From NCBI RefSeq assembly GCF_964355755.1, contig NC_092672.1, positions 37,454,437 through 37,518,436 of the forward strand: a DNA stretch of 64,000 bases, given 5' to 3'. Shown one piece after another: positions 14,225 through 27,753 of the stretch. The notes below the pieces were generated by a model. It saw nothing but the letters and a program-made list of their open reading frames with translations. It had not been told where the DNA came from and did no database searches. Numbering within the stretch: the stretch's first letter is position 1; the number at the start of each line of letters is the position of its first letter. A program made the position numbers and the translations under genes. This DNA is from Antedon mediterranea. Lineage: Eukaryota > Animalia > Echinodermata.

Positions 14225-15467
14225 ATTACAGTCCCTTTAACCCCACAAACTTCCACTCCACAAGATTGAACATATTTGTACATATTACATCGTCCCTTCC
14301 ACTAGACCTATATCAAGAATATTCATACACATATTTTCAGTTATTATACCGTCCCTTTAACTCCACCTTATCTCAGAATATTCATACAGTTACCACACCG
14401 TCCCTTTAACTCCACCTAATCTCAGAATATTCATACAGTTACCACACCGTCCCTTTAACTCCACCTTATCTCAGAATATTCATACAGTTACCACACCGTC
14501 CCTTTAACTCCACCTTATCTCAGAATATTCATACAGTTACCACACCGTCTCTTTAACTCCATTATATCAAGAATATTCATACAGTTACCACACCGTCCCT
14601 TTAACTCCACCTTATCTCAGAATATTCATACAGTTACCACACCGTCCCTTTAACTCCACCTTATCTCAGAATATTCATACAGTTACCACACCGTCCCTTT
14701 AACTCCACCTTATCTCAGAATATTCATACAGTTACCACACCGTCTCTTTAACTCCATTATATCAAGAATATTCATACAGTTACCACACCGTCTCTTTAAC
14801 TCCATTATATCAAGAATATTCATACACATATTTTCAGTTATTATACCGTCCCTTTAACTCCACCTTATCTCAGAATATTCATACAGTTACCACACCGTCC
14901 CTTTAACTCCACCTTATCTCAGAATATTCATACAGTTACCACACCGTCCCTTTAACTCCACCTTATCTCAGAATATTCATACAGTTACCACACCGTCCCT
15001 TTAACTCCACCTTATCTCAGAATATTCATACAGTTACCACACCGTCTCTTTAACTCCATTATATCAAGAATATTCATACAGTTACCACACCGTCCCTTTA
15101 ACTCCACCTTATCTCAGAATATTCATACAGTTACCACACCGTCCCTTTAACTCCACCTTATCTCAGAATATTCATACAGTTACCACACCGTCCCTTTAAC
15201 TCCATTATATCAAGAATATTCATACAGTTAATACACCGTCCCTTTAAATCCAGTATATCAAAAATATTCATACAGTTACTACACCGTCCCTTTAACTCCA
15301 CTATATCAAGAATATTCATACAGTTACATGGGGTCTATACCACCCCTTTTAACTCCACTATATCAAGAATATTTATAAAGGTATTTCAGTTACTGCACCG
15401 TCCCTTAATATTCATACTGTTACTACACCGTCCCTTTAACTCCACTATATCAAGAATATTCATACAG
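14225..15467. repeat. 49-bp minisatellite array (~23 units, degenerate edges)
   Basis: Unit TTACCACACCGTCCCTTTAACTCCACCTTATCTCAGAATATTCATACAG repeats head-to-tail with no spacers. Variant units are interspersed. Confidence 0.95.
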
Positions 15468-15887
15468 CATTCAAGTGTGTTGCATCTTCGCTGTCAACAC
15501 ATCTCAATTCACATTACTTCAATTTACTTTATAACACGATGACTTGTTGGTAACGATTAATGGTAAATAAAAAATATAGACTCATGACACATCAACATGT
15601 TAGCATATGAAAGCTAACACTCACTGTGTATCAAACGGATTTGTCTATTTTATGCTCTCTCTCTCAAAGTGTTAGTCTCAATAACAGATCATCATCACCA
15701 AATTAATATTAATTTTATGTTGTAAAAAATCATTTTTACAATATTTGTACCACATGAAAATCCCAAATGTCCATTGAAATGAATCAATTCATTTCTGGTT
15801 TATTTAAAATATAAATTGCATATTCAAGCACCAAATGCATCGTATTTTATTAGAGATTATTAGAATTTTACTAGTAAAATTAAAAGG

Positions 15888-18800
15888 TCAGGTGAGAAGG
15901 TTTTTCATGATGCCCACTGACTTGCCTCTATATCCTGAACCAAAGTGATTCCTGCGAGAAAATATCAAGACAAGAATATTGATAGAAAATAAATAGATAT
16001 ACCACAAAAATAAATAACAGCTGCTGGGAAAATTGAGAAACTTTCTGTGCGTTGGTTAACAACAAAGATTAAATTACCTCTGAAAATTTGCAAAATTGAA
16101 AAGGATAAAATTTCAAATTCAGTAGCATCTCTCTAAATTGGGCATGGTTGATTGATTTTGATTAAAGAAATGAATAATTATTAAATAAACAGTTAAAATA
16201 AAAAACAATTATGAAACAAAACAAGGACAGTGGCATCACAGAAAACAAAGGTTTGACAAATCTGGAGCAATGATAAGGCAATGAAATATAATACCAGAGA
16301 TTGGAGTGTTTTATTAATGGGTAATTATTTGGAAATAATGAGCATTTAAGCTGGTTAGCTGTGAATATTGTGTGTCTTATTAATAACAGGGCAATTATTC
16401 ATATTTATGCTGGTTTGTTTCATGTCAGTATAATTATTATTTATTGTTTATGTTAAAGATGTATTGTCCCCAAAAACCTGAAAAATAAAGATTAATAAAA
16501 TCAGACTTTGAATAGGCTATTTTGCAGTTTTAATAAAGTTATTCACTTCTATAGAAAAAAAGTTAACAAAAATTATTATTTCAAAACAAACAGTTAATTT
16601 TAACTAAAAACCAATTTAGGCATTTTTTGCTTTTAATTACATTTTTTTCGATCCAGTTTTTGGTCAAAGTGAATAAATACCATGGCGACATTAAAATGGA
16701 ATATTAAAAAAAAATAATTAAAACAAATTTTTTTTAGGTGGACAATATATCTTTAAGAAAGTTGCCAAGTATAACCAATCGTCAGCACTCGTCAAAAAAA
16801 GTTAAGAAAATATACATATTCATAACATTAACAATGTAGAATATAACTGGGATTGGGTGCAGGTGAACCAGATAGAAACAGCAGGCCTCAATAACAACAA
16901 CAATGACTATTGAACCTCTATATTCCAATACTTTACTTACCAATGGTTAAGATAGTGATATAGTTGATATAACTCTTGCCTCTTATCATGGCCCGGTTGC
17001 TTTGGAATCAGGCTATGGTACGCATCGTAAAAACGTTTGCTAAAACCACCAAACATCCCCGCAATTGCAAGGTCAAACTCAGAATGGCCATAGAAACTTG
17101 CTGGATCAAAAATAACTGGAAAAATAATTTATACACATAATTTTATTTCATTTCTTCCTTGATCAATTCCATATTAATTTTTGTTTTAATTTTTGTTGTA
17201 GACATAGAAATGTATAGAAAAGAATGTGTATTGAAGTATAACAGTTTTGTATTTTTGCTTTTGATGTTCTTGGACCGTGACGCACCGTTTTACACGCGTG
17301 CCAGTTATAAAGGTGTCGTTATTCCAATAAAGATTATAATATTAATTATTATAAACATGGAATGTACACTGTATTGAAATTAGTCTAATTCTGTTTGATA
17401 AGATGATAAGTCCACAGACATATTTGGCTTGCAAAATACCAAAAGAATGCCATTAAAATCATATTCTACTGCTCAATAGTTAAACAGACATATTGCCTGA
17501 ATAAAAAGAACGATTTTTAAGGCTAAATATTTCTTCATCCTTTGGGAACTATTTATAGAAGTAAAATAAAATCATTTCATAAATTGCTTGAATTTTTATG
17601 GGTATTTTATTTCTCTAGAGATAGAAAAACCATTTTTGAAAAATGATAACAATAATTTGTATTAAAATACATATACATACATTCATCTTATGAATGCCTA
17701 TGCATAATTTAATTGAAGAATATTTTAAAAATCATAATTTTATAAATGCATCATAAATGTTTATGGTTTGAAAATATTATTGTGAAATAAAAAAACACAT
17801 CTTCTAAAATATTTGAATATTTTAAGATAAAAAAAGTATTTCTATTCATAATCATATGCCTTTTCAAGTGAATATTTTAAGTTCCAACTTAGAGTCTGAA
17901 TAAAAACATATTTATTATTTAAACTTTCAAATGATTGAATAAATGTATAGCAAGGCCTCTATTGACAACTTAGAGATAAACTAGCTAAAAACCTATTAAA
18001 CATTTCAAATTTAAAATCTTTAAATAAATCAACTCATTAAATAAAAACCTATCATTTTTTTTTCAAATTTAAAATGATTGAATCGTTAAAAGTTCTGCAA
18101 GATCAACTAACTAGAAAATTATATTCAGTATATAAATAAGACTGTCAATTATGATCGAAAAATCGTTAAAATGATGACACATTAAAATATTTATAGTAAA
18201 GCTTTGACAGGTAGACTTAATGACCTTGAAACAGGGTCAAGGGTCAGAATTAAATAGTGATCTATCAAATTTTTCTGCAGTTAAAAAAGCTTTAAATATA
18301 CTACTGTTTATTATCATTAAAGTTAGATTTCAGAGGCAGGGATAAAACAGTGGCATTTTTCGTGATTTTTAAAATAATATAATGGATATAAAAGTTAAGT
18401 TAAAGCTTAAATACCATTATGTTCAGATGCTGTATCATAAAGAAAAAGAATAAAATTGGATGAAGTTTAGAGGGAATTAGTGATAGTATCCCTAATGGAA
18501 GGAAAATGACTTAAAAATTGATATGACTCAGAAGAGACTTTGGCATATGATTGGAAACTTTTCACTTAATATTAACTGAGATAAAATAATATATTTTTTC
18601 TCTCAGATGGCACATTTGACAAACACAAGCAATTTATTATCTGACACAGAAAATGCATTTCTAGATTTTCTCCATTCCTTTACTATCTATACAGTATAGA
18701 GACTATATCTTGTTAATATCTATCTATATTAGCTGAGTATCCTCCATTTTTGGCAGTGGAAAGAGGAGAAATTTGAAGTTTGACAGCCTGGGTGCATTGC

Positions 18801-21800
18801 ATTTTGGGTAATAATAATTTATATAGCGCAAATATTCACTAAAAGTTCTCAAGGCGCTAGCAACCACATACAGTAGCTGATTTAGTATCCGATTTCTTTT
18901 ATTTATCTATAAATTTCATATGCCTCAGAAAACAGGTGTGATTTTAATGTTTTTTTAAAAGAATTAATTTACAGAAATGCATTCGGAAAAAAGTTATATA
19001 AATGTATTTACTTGGTTATACAGCAGAAACAGGCCTATTAATCATAGCCTAACTCAAGTGAAAATATAACACATGTTTTATTGTACTCATCCTTTAAGAC
19101 ACTGACCCTGCTAAGCCCTATTGACATCATCTTGTTACAAACAATATTTTAATCCGATTAAAAGGTAAAACTTAATCGATGTTATGTTAAAATATATTAG
19201 GTGTATTTGTAACAGTGTTGCGCCTTTGCGCCATCTTTATCTTAATCATTTCATGCGGAAAATCGGGGATTAGAGAAGAATACGCAGCCAAGATCGGTGC
19301 TTTTGAGTGTGAAAGGAAAGGATATGGCAACATGTGTAATGTGCAAAGAAGGAGAAAATCCATCAAGAAATGAGCTGAGGCAAAGTAAGTACAGCAGCTC
19401 CAGTAATTAAGAATGACACTTGTGGCACGGCCTTAGGATGAAAATATCAATTATTTTATATTATTATTATTATCATCAATTAGTTAATTATATTACTAGA
19501 GTTTTAAGAATTTAACAGTTGGAAGATACACTGATGTTAATTATTAAAGTGCATTGCAAATTCAATCACTTTGCTAGGTAGCAATCCGTTTACTAACGGA
19601 CAAACTAACACACTATCAAGATGATCTATACAATAAATATTCTCTCTAAAGCTCTGTCCACACTATCAAAAAATGTGATGTGCTCATATATGGACATGAT
19701 GTTATATCACTACTATTAAGTACTATATTTGGGTATATCACTAGCATATTTGGGAACACTTTTTTGTGTTTGATATTGTAGACAGAGCTTTATAATATAT
19801 AACTGGGTTTTTCAAGATGTAGGGTCAGACTAGACTAGAACCCAGACATTGGATTTATGAGCTTAACAGATTACATTAAAACTTGTTTTATAGCAGCCTC
19901 AACACTAGTAGGCCTAGACAACTTTAATAAAACTAATTTTAACATTCATCAATGTATCATATCACATTTGTTCTACATAAAGATATCTCTAGCGCATAAA
20001 TCATTCTTTATATGTACTGTGTGTATCTTGCCATAAACAACATTAAAGTGTAAGATTTATGAAACATTGAGAACCGCATAGAATGTTAGATTTATGTTGT
20101 AATGAAACATGATCCTGTTTACATACTGTAATGTTACAAAAACTAAATAATACATTATCCTAGATATGGCCGCCAACTGGGTAGATATAATAGAGTTTAT
20201 CAGGTTTACTAGCACTTTGAAACATTTATGTACTAAAAAGGAAACTAACACACAAAAAAGGAATTTACAGAAAAACAGCTGCTGAACGCTGAAGACATTC
20301 TTATGAAATAGTTTACATTAATGTTTGTAATAATGATAGAATTGTTCATTTATTTCAGCTGTTATTATGATGTATTAGGAGATGTATTGTTTACACAGAG
20401 GTAAATGATTCGAATGAACAGAAATTTATATTTGAAAAAGGAAAGAATTATTTCAGTTAAAAAATATATGTGGTGTAGGTTTTTTTTTATATTTAGGCAA
20501 ATTGCCAAGGATAACCATAAGCGAATTCATTCACTATCCTGTTCACAACACAAACATATTCAAGATGCTCTACATAAACAAAGTCTTATTACAATTCTTT
20601 GGGAGTGGAGCTGTAATTAGAAAAAATCCTGACATAAATAACAGGACTTGAACCTAGGACCCTTGGATTGGTAGCTAAGTACCATAACCACTAAGCCACA
20701 ACTCCACTCTAAAAGTTTGTAGTCAGCAGGATGTATGTATGTTTTAATGGTTGTTAATGAGGTTTATTGTATACTAGTAGCAGTTCTTATCAATTTCATT
20801 TGACAGATGTACATGTACAGCATAATCAATATCAAATATCTAATTCTAGTATAGTACATTAAGTATACATAATATCACTAACAGTAAAACTTTACTAGAA
20901 TTAATTTAATCGTAAAAACTAATCACATATCCCCTTACAATTACACACCGAGAACAAAACAGCTTAAAGCGAGTTATTATTTTAAAACAAATTTAATTTA
21001 AAGTAACAAAAGAAACGTAACACTTTACTAAAACATGTCATTTCAAGATATCTGCCCTGGGGGGTGGGGAACTGACACCTACTGCTCTTGAGTAACCTTT
21101 TATTAATTTCTAATAACGGCATCATGTTTTGTAGATTTAAGATAGTATGGCCATCATACTATTGTTACTTGTAACTTGGTAATCTTATGTGTTTTTGTTT
21201 TTTTATAATCTAATAATGATGCATGAATTAATTTGCATTTAATGTGAGTTGTATGTGAAAATTAATACCAAAGTAGAAGGTATACTCATGGAGTTTACTC
21301 CATGGTATACTCATAGAGATATTGTAGTGAACTAATAATATCTTAATGGTATACCATATCCATTTGTAACATAGGGAACTTTAGATTTGCAATGACCAAC
21401 AAGGGCCTTATTACTCCACTCACTGTCGCAAAGCTACTCCACAGCTACTCATCCAAGGAACTTATGTTATGTTAATTCATTGCAAGAACATGACTTCACT
21501 CTTTATTCCTGGACACAGTTGTGGATGATTCATTCTAGTTTCAGTTGACAACCAACAACACACTATTTTATTTATTTATTTCGAAATCCAACCAACAGCA
21601 ACAACAATTGCCAATAACAGGAGGGTTATAGATCATAAGTCACTTGTTGTAGGGTCAAACCAAAATCTCCATAATTTGCTTTGAAAAACAGCTAAATAGG
21701 TGTCGTCAATCAATTAAGACTAAGACTGCATTACTTACAGGACTATGTATACCACCTCATTCACTCAATTTAAACTTTGTTCTTCATTTCCTAATTCTTC

Positions 21801-24612
21801 TAATTTGTCTGTATACAAAATTGCAATTATTTCCATGGTAACATTGTAATGTAAACATGTGATACTTGATCTTGTGCATCTCACTGATATCTACCTCACT
21901 ACTAATGAAATTAAAGCAAAAGTGATAATACAAGAATCCGAGTTAAGAAAGGTAATACGAGAAAACAACCATCAGCGGAACAATCGCTAATGTAGCTAAG
22001 TATCATTGTGTAATCTTAAGTACAGAAACCTAGTACATTAATTATCTAATATCATATTTCAAACAATTTCTACAATTTCAACCATTGTTTACGGCATTCT
22101 TAAGTCTCAATTATATTTGTTTGGTTCAGGTTTATCCACAGAAATAAACACATATAATCCGTGATGGTAATAAACTTAATGAAATATCAGAACTAAAAAA
22201 AACTCTTTTTCTTTGCTATTTAACGATGTATTGTCTCCCCAAAAAATTAAGATTAATTAAATCAGACTTTGAATAGATTAATTAATTGTAGTTTTAATAA
22301 AGTCAATCACTTCCATAGGAAAAAAACAGAAAAATTAATGTTTTCACTTATAAAATGACAAAATAAATGGTTAAATTCAACCAAAAACCTATTGGCTGGC
22401 TGCACAATTTGAATACATTTTTTTTTTATCCAATTTTTTGTCAAAGTGGATAACTATTACGTGACATCAAAATGACATTATTTTTTCAGGGGGACAACAC
22501 ATTTTTAATACAGGTTAATTCATACCCCATTCAATTGATATAGATCTGTGTAAGTCCCATAGAGATACTACTGTACAACGGTTAGTTTCGTGATTTCTCT
22601 CTTTTCAAGCAGTGATTACATAGGAGTTCAATCTCTAGTTAACTTTTATGGAGTGAGTGCAGAATCTGTTTGGGCTTTAGCCTATTCTCATTTCTGGTTA
22701 TTTTTGCATTGATGACCGAATAAATATTATTATATTATTATTATAATTATATAACCTCTTTGGACTGTCCAGTATTATTATAAGAAGTGAAGTTCTTACC
22801 TGGTTCAGTATCTGTTTCACCCACATTTCCTGACCACATATCGCCATGCAGTAGTGCTGGCTTCACCGTCAAACCTTGGAAGAACTCTGGCATTTTTCTC
22901 TCCAGTTGTGGCCAAAGCTCTCTACATTCTCTGTCACCGTCTGTTTTCTCAATCATATCCAGATGTTCTTTTAAACGGTTTTGAGCGTAGAATTCCTGGA
23001 GATGTAAAAATACTGATTTGAATCACCTATCATAAAGTATGATGATCCTAACTAGTAAAGACAATAATGATGAAGATGATGATAATGAAGATGATGATAA
23101 AGATGATAATATTGATGATGAAGATGATGATAATGAAGATGATAATGAGGATGATGATGATGATAATGTTGATGATGATATGATGATGATGATGATAATG
23201 AAAATGATGACAATAATGACAAATGATGAGGATGATAATGAAGATGATGATAATGGTGATGATGGTTATGATGATGATGATAATGAAGATGATGAGGATG
23301 ATAATGAAGATGACGATAATGATGAGGATGAAGATAATGATGAGGATGAATATGATAACGATGTTGATGATAATAATGTAAAAATAATGATGACGAGGAT
23401 GATGATGATTATGATGATGACAATGATGTTAATGATTGTGATGATAATGATGATCACAAATTAGATACAATTCAATCAGTGTCTCCAAGTAAAGATCACT
23501 ATCTGTGAATAGGAAAATAAATGATCAAGCAAGAACATACCAACCAATCAGTTTTCCATTCATTATTTGATGGCAGATAACCACAACATGTTGTAACATG
23601 GAAACCAAACTGACCAACAGGTGTCACTGAATTTGCTTTGCCAACATATTTCTGATTTGCTGTTTCTTGTTTTCTTAGTTCATCATTGTGTAAATGGAGT
23701 CTAAATTTTAAAAATAAAGTTTGAAGGTTTTATTCAAGTTTGTTGTGAGAGTTCGTTATTAAATTTGTGTAAGTCACCACCAATCCATGGTCGAGGGATG
23801 TCGTAGAGGGAGTGCAATCAGTCTTGTAAATATGGTCATATGGCACCTGATAAATCGGTTCAATATCAAAGTGTTTAAATCAACTGAAATGTCAAATCCA
23901 TCAAATTTATAATCGAGTATTCACAAGATAAAGTAGCCGGTTCTACTTGACATAATACAGGCACAATATGTGATACATGATAGCTAGTATAATACCATAT
24001 AGAAGCAAGACAAACCTTGCTAACTGCTCACCAAGCCTCGCAGACTGTTTATCCAAACCACTCATATCCAAATTTTCCATAATAAATATTGTTCCATTTT
24101 TTGAGGGATGTGCAAGAATTTTAACTGGAGTGGGTACTTTGATGACCTCTGTTGACCTGATGGCTTTAAGACTTTCAAATTCACCATCAAACATTCGTTT
24201 TGCCTAAAATTATACATTCAATATTAAAGGTACGTTTTTTGGCAATCTAACAATTACTGCTTGCAATGCAAGAATTATGCAAAATGGTAAACACACTTAT
24301 TATTGTAAATAGCTATTTTATAAATGTGACAATTTGAATGTTATAAAAAAATGTTTCAATATTTTTATGATTGCATCCATTTCTTCCATTTTACTATATG
24401 GCTTTTTCATGTAATTTTTTTTTTGTAACATATTTTTTTTTAAACAATTAAATACTATTCATTTTCACCTCTGATTTAGTGTTCACTTTGACAAAATATT
24501 TGCCTGAATCTGTTTCGTAGCTCCGCCCATCACTTATACATCCTCCCAATGGTCCACCTGTAACTTTAACAGACTTTACATTCAATTCTCGTTTCAAAAT
24601 GTCCTCCATCAT
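15888..24612 (-). CDS. FN3KRP: Fructosamine/ketosamine-3-kinase (FN3K/FN3KRP family), 6 coding exons, ~308 aa
   Basis: GT-AG exons 24469-24612, 24016-24203, 23541-23700, 22800-22995, 16941-17115 and 15888-15951 join in frame. Motifs: [72 protein letters not shown] splice acceptor 8 nt before the ATG implies an upstream non-coding exon. The FN3K versus FN3KRP label cannot be resolved here. Confidence 0.95.
16453..16756. mobile_element. TTAA-flanked MITE, subfamily K2
   Basis: Same AGATGTATTGTCCC TIR as K1 but a different interior, which it shares with the copy at 22220-22508. Confidence 0.8.
19647..19792. mobile_element. Harbinger-like MITE H1 copy
   Basis: TAAAGCTCTGTCCACACTATCAAA...TTGATATTGTAGACAGAGCTTTA. 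Confidence 0.8.
20642..20705 (-). mobile_element. tRNA-derived SINE head or tRNA pseudogene
   Basis: Minus strand GGAGTTGTGGCTTAGTGGTT...GGTTCAAGTCC shows A-box and B-box motifs. There is no intact acceptor stem. Confidence 0.55.
22220..22508. mobile_element. TTAA-flanked MITE, subfamily K2
   Basis: TTAACGATGTATTGTCTCCC...GGGGACAACACATTTTTAA. The interior matches 16453-16756. Confidence 0.75.
23040..23458. repeat. Degenerate (GAT/AAT)n trinucleotide microsatellite in an FN3K intron
   Basis: Long run of GAT, AAT, GAA and GAG triplets. Confidence 0.95.
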
Positions 24613-25143
24613 CAGGATGTCTAAAAATATAGAAATTACTCTCATTCTATTTTTATTTTACTGACTGTACTGTACATACATATATTATTCTACATTTAAC
24701 TGTAATAAACATGAAGTTGTTATTCGCTGTTTCATAAATTAAAAAAAATTGAATTTGTGGTCATCAAATCAATGATAATTTCACAAAATATTTGACCTAC
24801 TGTAGGCCTATGCCATGGTGGGCTTCTAGTTAGTAGTGACGGAGTGGCTGTAGTAGGCGTAGGGACCCTATTAAGTACTAGAGTAGAGAGTATGCCTAGT
24901 ACTAGTAGCTAGGACTCGAGTCCTCCTCCTGACAGACCTGTTGAGTAAGTTCTCTCTACTTAGTAGACTACCCAGGGCCGTAGCCAGGATCTGTCAATGG
25001 GGGGTTCGGACACTAAGTATTTGGGTCACCCCCCCCCCCCCCTGGGGCCTGAGGCGAAGCGAATTTTGTTAAATGACACCCCTAGATGGCCGGAAAAGAC
25101 ACTCTCATGCAGCAAAACGATCGTACTTGGACTCGTGGACTAT

Positions 25144-25353
25144 TTAAAGCTTTGTTCCCACTAGCGACGCAATCTACGCAACATAAGCAAATTCCCTTCC
25201 AATAATAATTGTGTTTTCCCCCGCCTGCGTGAAATTAAACCTACGACGTTTGCAGCACTATTGCGTCGTCGGTTCCCACTTATGATTACGTAATACAGCA
25301 CTTTGCATCGATACGTCGCTGCGTTGCGTTCTAGTGGGAAGAACCACGCTTTA
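25144..25353. mobile_element. Palindromic MITE (family H2) nested in the hAT-like element
   Basis: TTAAAGCTTTGTTCCCACTAG...CTAGTGGGAAGAACCACGCTTTAA. Related pieces lie near 36205 and at 42096-42232. Confidence 0.7.
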
Positions 25354-26759
25354 AGGACGATAACATTTGTTGCCGTATGTTAGATGCGCGTGTGCTGTGT
25401 GCGGAACCGCCGATTGTTTGATAATTCAGTCGGTATTTTGTTTTGCGTTCAAGTTCAATGCGAACGTACGTCTAAGAGAAGCCCCGAAAGCACACTGGGT
25501 GAAGGCAAATGCAATTCATAATTATAGCTCTATCTATAATATTTATTTACAACAATTTGTTGATGAAATTAAATATGCCAATGTAAATAGGTGTTATTGA
25601 TACAGTTTTGAGTATGTATCGGCTGGTGGTCTAGAAAAAAATAATCGGATGCCATAATGTGAACTACAGTACATGATACCATAGATATTATAGTGTAATA
25701 TATTAATATTCACTATAATCCTCTATGATGATGATACATTATACTCAAAGCCACACATAAAATACTAATGTACGTTGGAAGGCTATATACTTTATGCATG
25801 CTGACTGCCAGTGATCTAAACAATAGGTACGCAGTTGTCGGGCGGTGGTGTCCTTTGTACGAATCGTTCGTGCCCCAGCTCGCTCTGAGACGCGTCAATA
25901 TCATGTTACATATGCAGGAACCAAACATTTATTTTTCAGGTTATATTTGGCAATTCATTTACAGACACGTATCGCTCGAAGTACGCTCATACAGGGAAGA
26001 AGGTACTGTAGTAGGCATGTTAAGGAGCATATTTTAGGCAAATCCTTCAAATTGTGATAACATTTTGAAACTTTGCACAGTTATTCATTAGGGTGTCAAA
26101 AATATGAAATGGAAGGGTTGCACAAAATTTGGTCAGGGGAAAGCCGCCATTTTGGATTTCAAAATGGCTGACCTCAAATTTTCACTTGTCAGGTATATCT
26201 CTGCTAAAGAGGCACCTAGAGTTCTGATTTTACCTGCAAAATATATGGTAGTGGGGTCACCAAACATATTGGTATAATTAACATTTGATTGCATGGCGGC
26301 CATGTTGGATTTCAAAATGGCGGACTTCAAATTTTCACTTTTCAGGTATATCTCTGCTAAAAAGGCACCTAGAATTGTGATTTTAGGTGCAAATTATAAT
26401 TATGGTAATGGGGTCACCAAACATATTGGTATAACTAACATTTTAATTGCATGGCGGCCATGTTGGATTTCAAAATGGCGGACCCCAATAACTTTTCAGG
26501 TATATCTCTGCTAAAAAGGTACACAGTGCTCTGATTTTAGGTGCAAATTATATGTTAATGGGTCACCAAATATATTGCTATTTAACTAACATTTTGATTG
26601 CATGGCGGCCATTTTGAATTTCAAAATGGCAAGCTCAAAATGTTTCAGTACGGTACCTACAGTTATAATTTTAGGTACAAAGTATAATATGGTATTGAGG
26701 TCAACAAACATATTGGTATAACGTCTTTGATTGCATGTCGGCCATTTTGAATGTAGCTC

Positions 26760-27753
26760 AAACCTGGTAACCACACAGCTCTGTGCATCATAAATCACTC
26801 TTTCTGCATTTACAGCGTCCAAGATCACAGTCGGTGTGTCACAGCGATTTGTGACATCTGAAAGTTCCGGCAATGAACTCCAAACTGGACTAAATTTGTT
26901 GCCGTCCTTCCTCCATCCCCAGTTTGCTGGGTCCTGTTCAACCCTGAATGCATCTAGACAGTTGTACCACTTTCTGGCTTGTAGAAAAGACCGTTTCACA
27001 TGTTCTCTTAATGCCGCAGATGTTGGGGGGATATTTTCAATAGTCTGTAGTGAAAAGATATCGTCTTGCATCATTTACCTTCTTTCTACATAGTTACAAC
27101 AAACTGTTCTAGATAATCTGTGTCACTAACATCCCCTACAGACAATGACATCGTCTCAAATTCCTTTCCTTGAACAGATGAAGTTGTATCACAACTGCTA
27201 AAGGAATGAAAGAACAAGTAAGCGGCTGATGCTTGTGATCCAAGAGAAGTAATCTTGTGTATTGAGATATACTTCAAGTGCTTCCCCACTCCAAATTCGA
27301 TCCAAAGCTCGTGGATGCCAGGTATTCTGTGGAAAGTTGACAATGAAATAACCACAACATCACTGTCTACAGTCTTGACAAGAATGCGCGGAAAAATTTT
27401 AGCGGCATGTTTAACATGAACAAACATACGTTCATCTGCCTCTTCTATGTTACTTGGCATCAGCGGTTTTATATTTACAGACTGGTTTGTTACAGCTCTG
27501 TCTCTCAGAGACCCTACAAACATTCCGTGATTTGTGTCAATGTTCTCTACTACTTCAGTTACAATTAATGAAACAACTCTGATTTGTTGTCATCATATCT
27601 CGAATATGTGGTCCAATTGTTGGGCATGCTCCCACTGGCTTTGACGCCCCTCCTTACACCAGAGCCGCGGTTTGAACGCGTACTAGACTTTAAACCGTCG
27701 TTAAAGTATCTATCGAAAACCAAATCTGGTCACGTCACTGATCGAAGTTGATG
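26760..27753 (-). pseudogene. Degenerate Academ-type transposase 3' half, left arm
   Basis: Frameshifted motifs EEADERMFVH, KTVDSDVVV, LWIEFGVGKHLKYI, FHSFSSCDTTSS, IPPTSAALREHVKR and DPANWGW. Confidence 0.85.

Noticed and set aside
14341-15300. Regular array resembling CRISPR
   Set aside because: Units are contiguous with no unique spacers, there are no cas genes, and the context is eukaryotic.
19325-19392. Short plus-strand ATG...|GTAAGT segment ([20 protein letters not shown]) in the long FN3K intron
   Set aside because: No downstream exons were identified, so it is too weak to call a nested gene.
20642-20705. tRNA gene
   Set aside because: It has A/B boxes but no complete cloverleaf, so it is treated as a SINE head.
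23039-23464. 141-aa acidic Asp/Met-rich ORF
   Set aside because: It is a (GAT)n microsatellite on the antisense strand of an intron.
26004-26010. Alternative 7-bp TSD (TACTGTA) for the palindromic transposon
   Set aside because: Formally possible, but TAG...CTA termini with a 3-bp CTG fit Academ-type coding remnants better.
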